Assembly: GCA_947588735.1 (NCBI GenBank)
Contig: CANQAD010000002.1
Location: 2,314 to 66,313, forward strand
Source of the DNA: an uncultured Akkermansia sp.
Lineage (GTDB): Bacteria > Verrucomicrobiota > Verrucomicrobiia > Verrucomicrobiales > Akkermansiaceae
Reading direction: 5' to 3'
Length of the DNA: 64,000 nucleotides
Both the position numbers and the translations under genes were made by a program. The notes beneath the pieces are model-generated. The model saw only the letters and a list, made by a program, of their open reading frames with translations. It was not told where the DNA came from and did no database searches. Below, piece after piece: positions 51,917 through 61,277 of this stretch (positions are counted from its first letter, which is position 1; each line of letters starts with the position of its first letter).

Positions 51917-52549
51917 TCAGGAGTGAATGAAGGGGTTGTGGAGCAGTTCCTCGTTCACGGTGGTGCTGGGGCCATGTCCCGGGTACACAGCAGTGTGAGG
52001 ATCCAGCGCCATGAGCTTGTGCTTGATGCTACTCACAAGAACTCTCGCATTACCGCCGGGCAAATCAGTGCGCCCGATTGATCCGGCAAAAAGCGCATCG
52101 CCTGTGAATACGTCCCCCTGACTTACGGCGTACCATGCGAGACTGTCCGGTGCATGTCCTGGCACGTGCAGCGCATGCCACTGCATACCGGCAAGCATTA
52201 GCGTGGAATCCTGCGCCGACGTCACGTCATCCACAGTGAAAGGTTCAGGCGTGGGGATGCCCCAAGCCAGCGCATTCTGCGCAAGAGTCAGCGCAGGGTC
52301 ATACGGCGCACTTGCGTGCACGCGGCAACCAGTTAGGCGTTGCAGAGTGGCGGCATCCTGAATATGGTCGAAGTGCTGGTGCGTGAGCAGCAGATGAGTG
52401 ATGCGTTTCCCTTTTGGGAGTTGTTCGAGCGCCCACTCGGCGAAGCCATCAGGTGCATCCACTGCTACGCATTCCCCAAGAGCGCCCACCACGAGATAGC
52501 CGTTGCACTCCAGAGCACCGCCACTGTACTGCATCAGCTCTGAAACCAT
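51917..52549 (-). CDS. MBL-fold metallo-hydrolase (glyoxalase II-like)
   Basis: THQHFDHI, PGHAP, TGDALFAGSIGRTD and PGHG. TTGCCA-17-TATGGT lies 6 nt before the ATG. Confidence 0.9.
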   Translation of the reverse strand: MVSELMQYSGGALECNGYLVVGALGECVAVDAPDGFAEWALEQLPKGKRITHLLLTHQHFDHIQDAATLQRLTGCRVHASAPYDPALTLAQNALAWGIPTPEPFTVDDVTSAQDSTLMLAGMQWHALHVPGHAPDSLAWYAVSQGDVFTGDALFAGSIGRTDLPGGNARVLVSSIKHKLMALDPHTAVYPGHGPSTTVNEELLHNPFIHS

Positions 52550-52619
52550 GGGGGTACCATACCACCGTTGCGGGTTTTTGGCAAGCTAAATGGCGCAAAA
52601 GAAAAAGACACGGTAAACT

Positions 52620-52862
52620 CACGCGTGTCCCAATAAAAATATTCTCCGGGCGCATTGAACCTATTTTCCATGCGTTTTCTGTGGACGAAAGAAGTAAGCC
52701 AGCAAGGCAGCAACCCTTGGACGATTCAGCAAAGCGGTGAAAGCCCCCGAGGGCGCGCAGGGGGATTAGACAAAAGCGCAGCTTTTGCCCGAAGGGAGAA
52801 GCGTGATGAACCGGCTGGAGCGTGTTTTCATTTTTCGACTTTATCCAGATGCTTTTGCCCTG
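52620..52862 (-). mobile_element. MITE-like family B partial copy, bounded distally by an A-type TIR
   Basis: cacgcgtgtcccaataa at 52620, B core to about 52800, and atgcttttgccctg ending at 52862. Confidence 0.75.
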
Positions 52863-52904
52863 GTGCAAAAGAGGAGGGAAGTTTCTCAAGGGAGGGAAGA
52901 GACC

Positions 52905-53684
52905 TCAAACAAGCGCATGATTGAGGGCGCAGATATTTTTCCAGCGGTGGGAATGCTCAATGGCATGGGTCGTGTAATTGAGTCCTCGCTGCACTGCCTC
53001 GGAGAGCGGACATCCCTGCGCCAGAAAAGCCGTGATGGCAGAGGAAAGGGTACAGCCCGTCCCGTGGGTGGTAACGCCGGTGACTCGCGAATGCTGAAAA
53101 CGCTGCAGCTCGCCCGCGGCAGAGCAGAGCACATCCGTGCAGATATCGCCATTCAGGTGACCGCCTTTGGCGAGCACGGCGCAGGCAGTGTGGTCGGCCA
53201 GCGCTCGGGCTGATTCTTCCAATTGCGGCAGGGAGTGGGCAAGAGGAGAGGCAGTGAGGCGTGCGAGCTCATCCAGATTCGGGGTGATCAGGGTGGCGCG
53301 TGGGAAGAGCAACTCCTCGTAAACGCTCAGTGTCTCATCCAGCATGAGAGCATCACCCGCTGTTGCCACCATTACGGGATCGACAACCAGGGGAATGCCG
53401 GACGGCAGCAGCTTCGCCACGGCGCGCAGGATTTCCGGACTGTAGAGCATGCCAGTCTTCACAGCAGCTACAGGGAACGAGCGCAGACACTCGGCAAGCT
53501 GGCCAGCCACAAAGTCGGCGTCCAGAGGAGCAATTCCCGCCACATGCCCCGGCGCTTCACTCACCACACACGTCACGACAGTGAGCGGATAGCATCCCAA
53601 CGCAAACCCGGTCTTGATATCCGCCTGAATGCCTGCTCCAGCCGAGCAATCTGAGCCGGCAATGCTGAGCATCACAGGGGTCAT
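52905..53684 (-). CDS. thiD: Hydroxymethylpyrimidine/phosphomethylpyrimidine kinase
   Basis: SIAGSDCSAGAGIQADIK, VKTGML, DPVM, TPNLDE, KGGH and HGTGCTLS. Confidence 0.94.
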   Translation of the reverse strand: MTPVMLSIAGSDCSAGAGIQADIKTGFALGCYPLTVVTCVVSEAPGHVAGIAPLDADFVAGQLAECLRSFPVAAVKTGMLYSPEILRAVAKLLPSGIPLVVDPVMVATAGDALMLDETLSVYEELLFPRATLITPNLDELARLTASPLAHSLPQLEESARALADHTACAVLAKGGHLNGDICTDVLCSAAGELQRFQHSRVTGVTTHGTGCTLSSAITAFLAQGCPLSEAVQRGLNYTTHAIEHSHRWKNICALNHALV

Positions 53685-55102
53685 GACCACGCGCTTTCCA
53701 GCGCTGCCGCGCCTTGCAGCAGACGCGCTTCTTCAAAATGAGGAGCCAGCAACTGCACCCCTACAGGAAGTCCGCTTTGCGGTGTGGGTACAGAGATGGC
53801 AGGAAGTCCGGCAAGATTGGCCGGCACGGTGTAGATGTCCGCCAAGTAGATCTGCAGCGGCGTCATATCCTTCGCCTGCAGCTTGGGCGCCGGGGTGGGC
53901 GCCACCGGACCGAGAATCAACTGCACGCCCCGCTCGAAAGCCTGAGAAAAATCGCGCGCAACGAGAGCCCTCACCTTTTGAGCTCGCGTGTAGTAGGCGT
54001 CGTAATACCCGCCGGAAAGTACATAGGTCCCCAAAATGATACGTCGCTTTACTTCCTCTCCAAAGCCCTCCGTACGCGAACGCGCGTACAAGTCGCCTGG
54101 AGCATCCGAGGTTTCTGCGGCGCGGTAGCCATAACGCACGCCATCGTAGCGAGCAAGGTTGGAGGAGGCTTCTGCACAAGCGATGATGTAGTAGGAAGCC
54201 ACCGCAGCCTCAGCGTGCGGCAACGAGATTTCGCATATTTCTGCACCTTGAGCCTCCAACACGGCCACGGCGGCATTCAGCGCATCCTGCACTTCCGGTG
54301 CATTGCCGGAACTCACGTATTCTTTCGGCAGACCGATGCGTATCCCGCGCACGCCCCGATGCAGCTCAGAGGCAAAATCCGGCACCGGTTGCAGGGATGA
54401 AGTGGAGTCCATTACATCGTGTCCGCACAGGAATTGCAGCAGCAGTGCCGCATCTTCCACGCATGTGGTGAGAGTTCCGATTTGATCCAGCGAAGAGGCA
54501 AAGGCAACCAGCCCGTAGCGCGAAATACGCCCGTACGTGGGTTTGAGTCCCACCACCCCACAGTGCGAAGCCGGTTGGCGGACGGAGCCCCCGGTATCTG
54601 ATCCCAGTGCGGCAGGAATCATACCGGCTGCCACGGCTGCAGCAGAGCCGCTGGAAGAGCCTCCGGGCACGCGATTTTCATCCGCCGGATTTCGGGTAAC
54701 GCCAAAAGCAGAATTTTCACCGGCGGAGCCCATGGCAAATTCGTCCATGTTGGTACGGCCGAAAGGCAAAGCTCCCGCTGCGCGCAATTTCGATATCGCG
54801 GTGGCATCGTAGGGAGCCACATAGTTTTCCAGCATGTGCGAGGCGCAACGTGCAGGCTCGCCAAGACAGCATATATTGTCTTTGATGGCTATGGGTAGTC
54901 CTCCGAGCGGCAGGTTTACATCTGCCTGTGCCGCGGCTTGCAGCGCACGCTCCGTATCCCATGAGATGAGAGCGTTCAACTCAGGGTTAAGCTCCTGCAT
55001 GCGCCGGGCGTACTCTTGCGTCAGCTCAATGGGCGAGAGCTCGCGATTCATGAGCTTTTGACGCAGAGCGGAGAGTGTGTGTTTAGCGAACATGGGTGTC
55101 AT
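53681..55102 (-). CDS. gatA: Asp/Glu-tRNA amidotransferase subunit A
   Basis: IKDN, NMDEFAMGS, PGGSSSGSAA, GSDTGGSVRQPA and EVKRRIILGT. Confidence 0.96.
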   Translation of the reverse strand: MTPMFAKHTLSALRQKLMNRELSPIELTQEYARRMQELNPELNALISWDTERALQAAAQADVNLPLGGLPIAIKDNICCLGEPARCASHMLENYVAPYDATAISKLRAAGALPFGRTNMDEFAMGSAGENSAFGVTRNPADENRVPGGSSSGSAAAVAAGMIPAALGSDTGGSVRQPASHCGVVGLKPTYGRISRYGLVAFASSLDQIGTLTTCVEDAALLLQFLCGHDVMDSTSSLQPVPDFASELHRGVRGIRIGLPKEYVSSGNAPEVQDALNAAVAVLEAQGAEICEISLPHAEAAVASYYIIACAEASSNLARYDGVRYGYRAAETSDAPGDLYARSRTEGFGEEVKRRIILGTYVLSGGYYDAYYTRAQKVRALVARDFSQAFERGVQLILGPVAPTPAPKLQAKDMTPLQIYLADIYTVPANLAGLPAISVPTPQSGLPVGVQLLAPHFEEARLLQGAAALESAWS

Positions 55103-55126
55103 GCAAGGGGTTCATCTCTGAATCAG

Positions 55127-55435
55127 TCAGTGGGCAGATTCTACCACCTTCGGTACGCGGAATTGACCGTCCGTTTGCTGTGGAGCATTGGAAAGCGCCG
55201 CTTCATTGCTCAGGCTCTGCCCGGGAATGTCATCGCGCAAGGCGTCATATACCTCCAGCGGGTGGCACATGGGGGACACACCCTGCGTGTCCCACTTCTC
55301 CAACTGCGTTACATAGGCGAGCACCTGCTCCAAGTCACGCGTGTATCGCGCCCTTTCTTCAGCGCTGAGCTCCAGTTTGGCCAACTCGGCGATATAGGCC
55401 ACATCAATCCGAGGCATTTCCATCGACGTACTCAA
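55127..55435 (-). CDS. gatC: Asp/Glu-tRNA amidotransferase subunit C
   Basis: VAYIAELAKL, LRDD and NAP...FRVPKV; directly upstream of gatA. Confidence 0.93.
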   Translation of the reverse strand: MSTSMEMPRIDVAYIAELAKLELSAEERARYTRDLEQVLAYVTQLEKWDTQGVSPMCHPLEVYDALRDDIPGQSLSNEAALSNAPQQTDGQFRVPKVVESAH

Positions 55436-55737
55436 TAAGGGGTTTGGTTGAGCAGATATATGCTCAGCATATACAACCCAAAGATGCTCGCCGCCAAAAC
55501 AATGAGCAGCAGCAAATTTTCCAGCAACAGCGTACGGGTGGACGCCGGTTGCCCGGCCGCTATCACCACCGGTTTGCGCTTACGACGGGATTCCACGACA
55601 TCTTCCTGCGGCCCCATGGTGTTGGCGCGGTTGGCGCCGCTGTAGTAGCCTTCCGCACGTTGACGCATGAGACGTGCTTCTTCCCATCTGCGTCGTGCGT
55701 TTGCGGCTTGCAGTTCGTATTCTTTCTGTCGGGTCAT
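55432..55737 (-). CDS. Small hypothetical protein with C-terminal TM helix (start uncertain)
   Basis: Charged N-terminus and hydrophobic C-terminus; the stop overlaps the gatC start. Confidence 0.6.
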   Translation of the reverse strand: MTRQKEYELQAANARRRWEEARLMRQRAEGYYSGANRANTMGPQEDVVESRRKRKPVVIAAGQPASTRTLLLENLLLLIVLAASIFGLYMLSIYLLNQTPY

Positions 55738-55772
55738 ACGTGATGATGTGGCTGTATGGTATTGGAGGTTGT

Positions 55773-56408
55773 TCAGCTGCCCGAATGACTCACCCACAGG
55801 TAGATGAGCCACGTGACGAGCAGTAGTATGAATAGAGGAAGATGGAATGCCAAACCTTTTACCAATTGGTCGCGCACGTCCCTCCACCGCAGGCTGTTCT
55901 CTTCCTGTTCACCGGGCTTGTGGCGAAATGTATCCGTGTGACGAAACCTGCGCCCCATGCTGTAGGCTTCATTAAAGTCATTTTCCGCCCGGTCGAGTTT
56001 CGGTAGAGCCTCACGCACTCGCTCCTGAAAACCATCTGTGCTCCAGTTTTGGGGTTTGAGAGAAGAAAGTATTTGCAAATGTCGCTTGAAACACTCGTTC
56101 ACCGCTTCAATCTCTCGTTGTTCCTTATCCATGGACTCCAGCTCCTGTTCCAAACGCCTCACGGCGTTGTGAAGCTTCATGCCTACCTCATTCAGATTTG
56201 CGCTGAAGATTGCCTTCTGCTCGTTGCTCAATTCGAGCTCACGTCGTTGAGTCTCCGAGTTAATTCTTTGCTGCTCGAAATATTCCGCCTGTCTGCGCGC
56301 CTGCTCCGCGCGCATTCTCACCCGGTCCGGAGAATGCATCTCTCCATCTGCTGCGCGTGGATTGAGTTCCATCTGCCTGTAGACTTCCTCTGCTCTCCTT
56401 TCGTCCAT
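55773..56408 (-). CDS. Coiled-coil protein with C-terminal TM anchor
   Basis: E/Q/R-rich heptad-like sequence and terminal LPLFILLLVTWLIYLWV. Confidence 0.75.
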   Translation of the reverse strand: MDERRAEEVYRQMELNPRAADGEMHSPDRVRMRAEQARRQAEYFEQQRINSETQRRELELSNEQKAIFSANLNEVGMKLHNAVRRLEQELESMDKEQREIEAVNECFKRHLQILSSLKPQNWSTDGFQERVREALPKLDRAENDFNEAYSMGRRFRHTDTFRHKPGEQEENSLRWRDVRDQLVKGLAFHLPLFILLLVTWLIYLWVSHSGS

Positions 56409-56745
56409 GAAATTTGCTAAAGTTCACTTAATCTTTAAGCGAAGTTAAACAATTTTTCCCGTCTTGTCAAGCTCTATCCGAACAAAAATGAATGATTTTT
56501 GAAAAAATTCGGTCAGCCTGCAAGGCAGAAATTAATAGCGGGACACATGCCACATACTGAATGCGTCGCACGAGGCAAACAACGAATAGACTTCATGACC
56601 TGCCAAGAAATGGGATGTTGCTGTGATTGTCGGCATTACGGAGCAGCCCGTCCGGTTGCCTGAGAAAGGTCAAAATTGATCCCTTAAGGGATCTTCATTT
56701 CCGCATACCATGTCTCGGTGCGAGGAACAAAGAAAGATTTCTCAT

Positions 56746-57855
56746 TCAGCAGGGAACTGGGTTGAGGATGCTCAATGAGGGGTCGATAAAGAGACCATTT
56801 TCGCGTACCAGTTCATCATCCAGATAAATGGAGCCTCCTCCGTAATCAGCACGCTGAATGCAGACGAGATCCCAGTGCACCTGTGAGCGGTTGCCGTTGT
56901 CGCAATTTTCGTAAGCATTGCCGGGGGTAAAATGGAAGGATCCTGCGATTTTTTCGTCAAAGAGGATATCGCGCATGGGTTGCAGAATTTCAGGATTCAC
57001 GCCAAAGGAAAATTCGCCGATGTAGCGGGCTCCTTCATCGGAGTCGAGGATGCGGTTGAGAGCGTCGTCTTTACCATTGCAATGAGCCTCCACGATCTTG
57101 CCGTCACGGAACGTAAGGTCGATGCCATCGAAAGCGATCCCCTGGTAAATAGTGGGTGCGGTATAGTGAACAATTCCGTTCACGGAATGACGGATGGGGG
57201 CCGTGAAGACTTCGCCGTCCGGGATATTCATCTCGCCTGCGCAGGGAATGGCCGGCATCCCTTGAATGGAGAAGGTAAGGTCAGTCCCCGGTCCGACAAT
57301 GTGCACACGGTCAGCGCGCATCATGCGATTGGCCAGCACGTCCATTGCCTCCTTCAGTTTACCGTAGTCTGCCAAACAGCAGCGGAAGTAAAAGTCTTCG
57401 AATTGCTCGGTACTCATGGAGGCTCCTTGAGCCATGGACGGCGTCGGCCAGCGCAACACACACCATTTCGTGTGGCACACGCGGCGGTCATGTACTGGGC
57501 TCATGTATTTTTGGGTGAGTTTCATGGCTTCGGCGGGAACAGCCGAGTTTTCGTAGGAATTCCGGCTGCCACGGATGGCGATGTAGGCCTGCATGGCTTT
57601 CATTTCATCCAGTTCGAAAGAAGCAATGCTGCTGTATTGGGCATCGGTGGCGCCAGCATACATTTCCGCCGTAATGCGGCCGTGGCGCAGGCGCACGTGG
57701 GGTACTCCCCCGACCTCGCGCACTGCGCGTATGAGCTGAATGCCGATGTCATCCGGCGCATCGATGAGGTCAAGCAACACGTGTTCACCTGCCTGCACGC
57801 GGCAGGAGTAGTTCACCAAAGATTGAGCCAGTTGAATGGTGCGTGGATCTGTCAT
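56746..57855 (-). CDS. Aminopeptidase, M29 (AmpS/PepS) family
   Basis: GPGTDL, NIPDGEVFTAP, GARYIGE, LFDEKI.GSFH and SQVHWD. Confidence 0.93.
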   Translation of the reverse strand: MTDPRTIQLAQSLVNYSCRVQAGEHVLLDLIDAPDDIGIQLIRAVREVGGVPHVRLRHGRITAEMYAGATDAQYSSIASFELDEMKAMQAYIAIRGSRNSYENSAVPAEAMKLTQKYMSPVHDRRVCHTKWCVLRWPTPSMAQGASMSTEQFEDFYFRCCLADYGKLKEAMDVLANRMMRADRVHIVGPGTDLTFSIQGMPAIPCAGEMNIPDGEVFTAPIRHSVNGIVHYTAPTIYQGIAFDGIDLTFRDGKIVEAHCNGKDDALNRILDSDEGARYIGEFSFGVNPEILQPMRDILFDEKIAGSFHFTPGNAYENCDNGNRSQVHWDLVCIQRADYGGGSIYLDDELVRENGLFIDPSLSILNPVPC

Positions 57856-59009
57856 ATTTGTCTGGTAGCTGAAGGGGAAAATGAGAGTGTTCGCTGCGCA
57901 CGAGGCGGCGTGGAGACAAAATCAAGTGCTTCCTTCAGGTCGTCGGTGGTCACGGCGTCCGAAAGAACCGGCTCGCCAAGTCGCTTGAGAAGGACAAAAC
58001 GTATCTTGCCACCGCGGAACTTTTTATCCGTCATCACATGCTCGAGAATCGTGTCCACGTTGACCTTGCGCGGAAGTTGGAGCGGGAGCTGGAGGGAGGA
58101 GAGCGTCTGGATAATCTCTGCTTCATCGCGCGCAGGCAATCCGGCAATTTTTCGGGAAAGGAAGAGAGCTGCGCGCATACCCAGGCTTACCACTTCCCCG
58201 TGCAGCAGATCGCCGTAGGGAACGCTCGCCTCCATGCCGTGCCCCAAGGTGTGTCCGAAGTTCAGAAATGCGCGGGTGCCGGTTGTTTCCCTTTCATCTT
58301 CTTCCACAATGCGCGCCTTAATTTCAATATTTTCCGCGATGAGTGAGGGAAGCCGCTCGATGTTGGAGAGAGAGAAGCCGATTGGCAGCTCGTCGGCCAG
58401 TTGGCGAAGCGTGACAAGCATCTTGGGACGACGAATGGCGGCGTGTTTGACCATCTCTGCCATTCCTTCGCGCAACACTCGCTCCGGCAAGCTGAGGAGG
58501 GTAATGGGGTCAGCTACCACAAAGCGCGGCTGGTGGAATGAGCCGATCAGGTTTTTGCCGCTTGGCACATTCACAGCCGTTTTCCCGCCCACTGAACTGT
58601 CCACCTGAGCCATTACGCTGGTGGGGATTTGAACGTATGGGATACCACGGTAGTAGATGGAGGAAACAAAACCGGCCAAATCACCCATAACGCCCCCCCC
58701 CAGTGCCACCACAAAGCTCGTGCGATCGTGTCCGGCGCGCACCATCTCCTCCACGACCCGACTCACGACGTCCAAGCTTTTACTTTTCTCTCCGGCGTCC
58801 ACCACATGCACGCTCACGACGTAGGCGGCATCCTCCAAGCTGCGTTTCACGCGTTCACCGTATTGCGAGTAAACATTTGTATCGGTAATAAGGGCTGCCT
58901 TGCCATCCAAACGTGCGCGGGTGGAAAAAAAACCGACGGAATCGAGAGCTCCGTTGCTCACGTGCACGTCGTACGAATGATCTCCGAGGGCTAGACTGAC
59001 TGTCGGCAT
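57852..59009 (-). CDS. aroB: 3-dehydroquinate synthase
   Basis: GEKSKS, GGGVMGDL, DSSVGGKT, KNLIG, LNFGHTLGH and HGE. Start MPTV is 6 nt after TACAAT; the upstream ORF extension is MITE sequence. Confidence 0.96.
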   Translation of the reverse strand: MPTVSLALGDHSYDVHVSNGALDSVGFFSTRARLDGKAALITDTNVYSQYGERVKRSLEDAAYVVSVHVVDAGEKSKSLDVVSRVVEEMVRAGHDRTSFVVALGGGVMGDLAGFVSSIYYRGIPYVQIPTSVMAQVDSSVGGKTAVNVPSGKNLIGSFHQPRFVVADPITLLSLPERVLREGMAEMVKHAAIRRPKMLVTLRQLADELPIGFSLSNIERLPSLIAENIEIKARIVEEDERETTGTRAFLNFGHTLGHGMEASVPYGDLLHGEVVSLGMRAALFLSRKIAGLPARDEAEIIQTLSSLQLPLQLPRKVNVDTILEHVMTDKKFRGGKIRFVLLKRLGEPVLSDAVTTDDLKEALDFVSTPPRAQRTLSFSPSATRQI

Positions 59010-59063
59010 GCGCCTATTGTACGCGCGAACAGACGTTGGTGCAAGCGCCAATTGTGATTTAGC

Positions 59064-59446
59064 CACACGTGTCCCAATAAAATTTTCTCCGGACTCATAG
59101 AACTCATTTCGTATGCGTTTTCTATCGACGAAAATCGTCATTTGCCAATCGAAAATCCGTTTGTGTTTCAGCTCCGCTCCCCCGCTCAGCTTTCTAACCA
59201 GTTCTGCGCGCAGTTCCACCCTTCCCTGTCGCCCACGCTCCGCATTTCCCGAGCCTCCGGCTCGCTATCTTCCCAAATCGTCATTCGTAACTCGAAAATC
59301 GAAAATGGCAGCGCGCTCCGCAGCTCCGCGCGCCAACGCGCATTCTTTCCAAATGGTCAATCGAAAATCGAAAATGACGAAGGGGTTATCCATCATGATG
59401 CGGCGATAACTGCCTGTCAGGGTTGCTATTTCTTGGGACGAATGCG
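59064..59446 (-). mobile_element. MITE-like family B, complete 383-bp copy with 9-bp TSD
   Basis: Imperfect TIRs cacacgtgtcccaa / ttgggacgaatgcg. Direct repeat tgatttagc at 59055-63 and 59447-55. Confidence 0.87.
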
Positions 59447-59536
59447 TGATTTAGCCGTGCACCAGGTGGTTTCAGTGTGTATGTTTGCGAGATAATCCTT
59501 GCGTAAGGCGTAAAATTGGGGATAATGACGGGTGGG

Positions 59537-60076
59537 ATGCTGAATGAAGAGATCGTGACCGGGACAGAATTGGCGGCGGTGCAAATACCGGCGGGTAACT
59601 CTGTGGTTTTGCCTTCAGGATCCCGCATCTACATCACCCAGATGCTGGGCAATTCCATTACTGCCGCCACGGATATCGGTATGGTGCGCATTATGAAAGA
59701 AGACGCGCAGCGCGCTGGAATTTGCCCGCCTGAAACTGCTCGCGAATCTTCCCGAGAACCTCTCACTCTTGAGCAGAAGGTGTGGAATGTACTCTCCTCC
59801 ATCTATGACCCCGAAATACCCGTGGACATTGTGAATTTGGGGCTCATTTACAGCGTAGAAATCATCCCTCAGAAGGACGATACAAATTATGTGAATGTTC
59901 GCATGACACTCACCGCACCCGGTTGCGGAATGGGACCTCATTTGGTTGCCGAGGCTGAGGCAGGTATCGCCTCTCTGGAGGGAGTGAGTGGGGTAAACAT
60001 TGAGTTTGTGTGGGATCCCCCATGGAATCAGGAAATGATGACAGAAGAGGCGCGGATGCAACTCGGCATGTTGTAG
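59537..60076 (+). CDS. sufT: Fe-S cluster assembly protein SufT (DUF59/PaaD-like)
   Basis: ITQMLG, YDPEIPVDIVNLGLIY, MTLTAPGCGMG and WDPPW..MTEEARMQLG. Confidence 0.88.
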   Translation: MLNEEIVTGTELAAVQIPAGNSVVLPSGSRIYITQMLGNSITAATDIGMVRIMKEDAQRAGICPPETARESSREPLTLEQKVWNVLSSIYDPEIPVDIVNLGLIYSVEIIPQKDDTNYVNVRMTLTAPGCGMGPHLVAEAEAGIASLEGVSGVNIEFVWDPPWNQEMMTEEARMQLGML

Positions 60077-60084
60077 GCACACCT

Positions 60085-60564
60085 ATGAAAGCTGGCAGGA
60101 AAATTGAGTTTTCAGAGCAGGAGTTGCAAACGTTGGCAGAGATGGTGGCTTTTTGCCTGGCGGGGCTGAGTTTGGTAAAAAATGAGGTGGAAGACGTGCA
60201 TGCCAATGCGTGGCTGCTGACCGGTCAGAAGATATTAGAGAAGGCTTACGAGGTACCTCATCTTGCCAAGCTTATGGAGGTGCACACGAATCCAAACTTT
60301 CCGTTTTTCAAAGATGAGTACGCTGACAACTGCTTCTTTTCCTCGGTACTCGATGAACTTCGTGAGGTATTCTTCTGGGATGAACTCGTAGTGCGTTTCG
60401 CAGATCAATGTTTACTGCGCTCCATTGGGGTGGACAAATATGAGGAGCTTTCCGATGATGAAAGGCAGAAGCGTACATCTGCCATGGAGGCGGCTTTGTG
60501 GAATGAGGTGATGGAACACGGGTTAGACCGTCTGAGTTTCCTTCTTCCGCCGGAGGAGAGCTGA
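60085..60564 (+). CDS. Hypothetical acidic protein
   Basis: 159-aa ORF starting 8 bp after sufT. Confidence 0.7.
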   Translation: MKAGRKIEFSEQELQTLAEMVAFCLAGLSLVKNEVEDVHANAWLLTGQKILEKAYEVPHLAKLMEVHTNPNFPFFKDEYADNCFFSSVLDELREVFFWDELVVRFADQCLLRSIGVDKYEELSDDERQKRTSAMEAALWNEVMEHGLDRLSFLLPPEES

Positions 60565-60575
60565 GATCCCGCATG

Positions 60576-60612
60576 AAAAAAAAGCACACACGCCAGTATG
60601 CATGTGTGCTTT
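60576..60612 (-). terminator. Intrinsic terminator after rplI (possibly bidirectional)
   Basis: gcacaca...tgtgtgc stem with an A8 tract on the + strand (U8 on the - strand), between convergent genes. Confidence 0.75.
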
Positions 60613-60640
60613 CCCTGAAACGGGGAAAAGGAGGGCGGTC

Positions 60641-61165
60641 TTACTCAGCGGAGGAAGGGGTACCGCCCTCGGCAGCCGACGACTCCGGGGTCTCGGGAGC
60701 TGCAGACGCCTCGCCGATTACCTCCAAATGCACATGCACGGTAGCGGTCACCTCCGGATGCAGCTTGGCAGGTATCTCGTAATCACCACTCTTGCGCAGC
60801 GGTTTTTCAAGATCCAGTGTACGGCGGTCAATTTCTACGCCTTGGGCAGCCAGAGCCTCTGCGATCTGTTGATTCGTTACGGCACCGAACACCTTCCCTT
60901 TTTCACCGGCCTCGAGCTTCAGTTCAACCTTAATGCCGGAAATTCTGGCAGCCACCTCCTTGAAGTTAGCCAGCTCAGCGGCTTCGCGCTCAGCGCGTTT
61001 CTTTTGCAGCATGTTGATGAAACGCTTATTGGCCGGAGTCGCCTCAAAGGCGAGACCTTGCGGAATCAGGTAGTTGCGCCCGTATCCAGCCTTCACCGTC
61101 ACAAGGTCGGCTTCACAGCCCAGACCTTCTATCTTCGTCGCGAGGATTACTTTCATGTTTGCCAT
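60641..61165 (-). CDS. rplI: 50S ribosomal protein L9
   Basis: MKVIL..LG..VKAGYGRNYLIPQG, GKVFGAVT and KLHPEV, with a short acidic tail. Confidence 0.96.
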   Translation of the reverse strand: MANMKVILATKIEGLGCEADLVTVKAGYGRNYLIPQGLAFEATPANKRFINMLQKKRAEREAAELANFKEVAARISGIKVELKLEAGEKGKVFGAVTNQQIAEALAAQGVEIDRRTLDLEKPLRKSGDYEIPAKLHPEVTATVHVHLEVIGEASAAPETPESSAAEGGTPSSAE

Positions 61166-61277
61166 AACTCAAAAATCGGGTTTGGTGGCCCTCCCAATAC
61201 ACCATTTGAGCCCCATTGTCAAGCCCGTTTTTTGTCCACTTGACACACGCCTGCCGCGCGTGTATGATCCTGCGCAG

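Noticed and set aside
56600-56730. TPP or glycine riboswitch upstream of the thiD-containing operon
   Set aside because: Only fragments match (ctgaga on the wrong strand; ctcaggc..ggac). Core conserved elements are missing, and the region lies upstream of the operon's own promoter.
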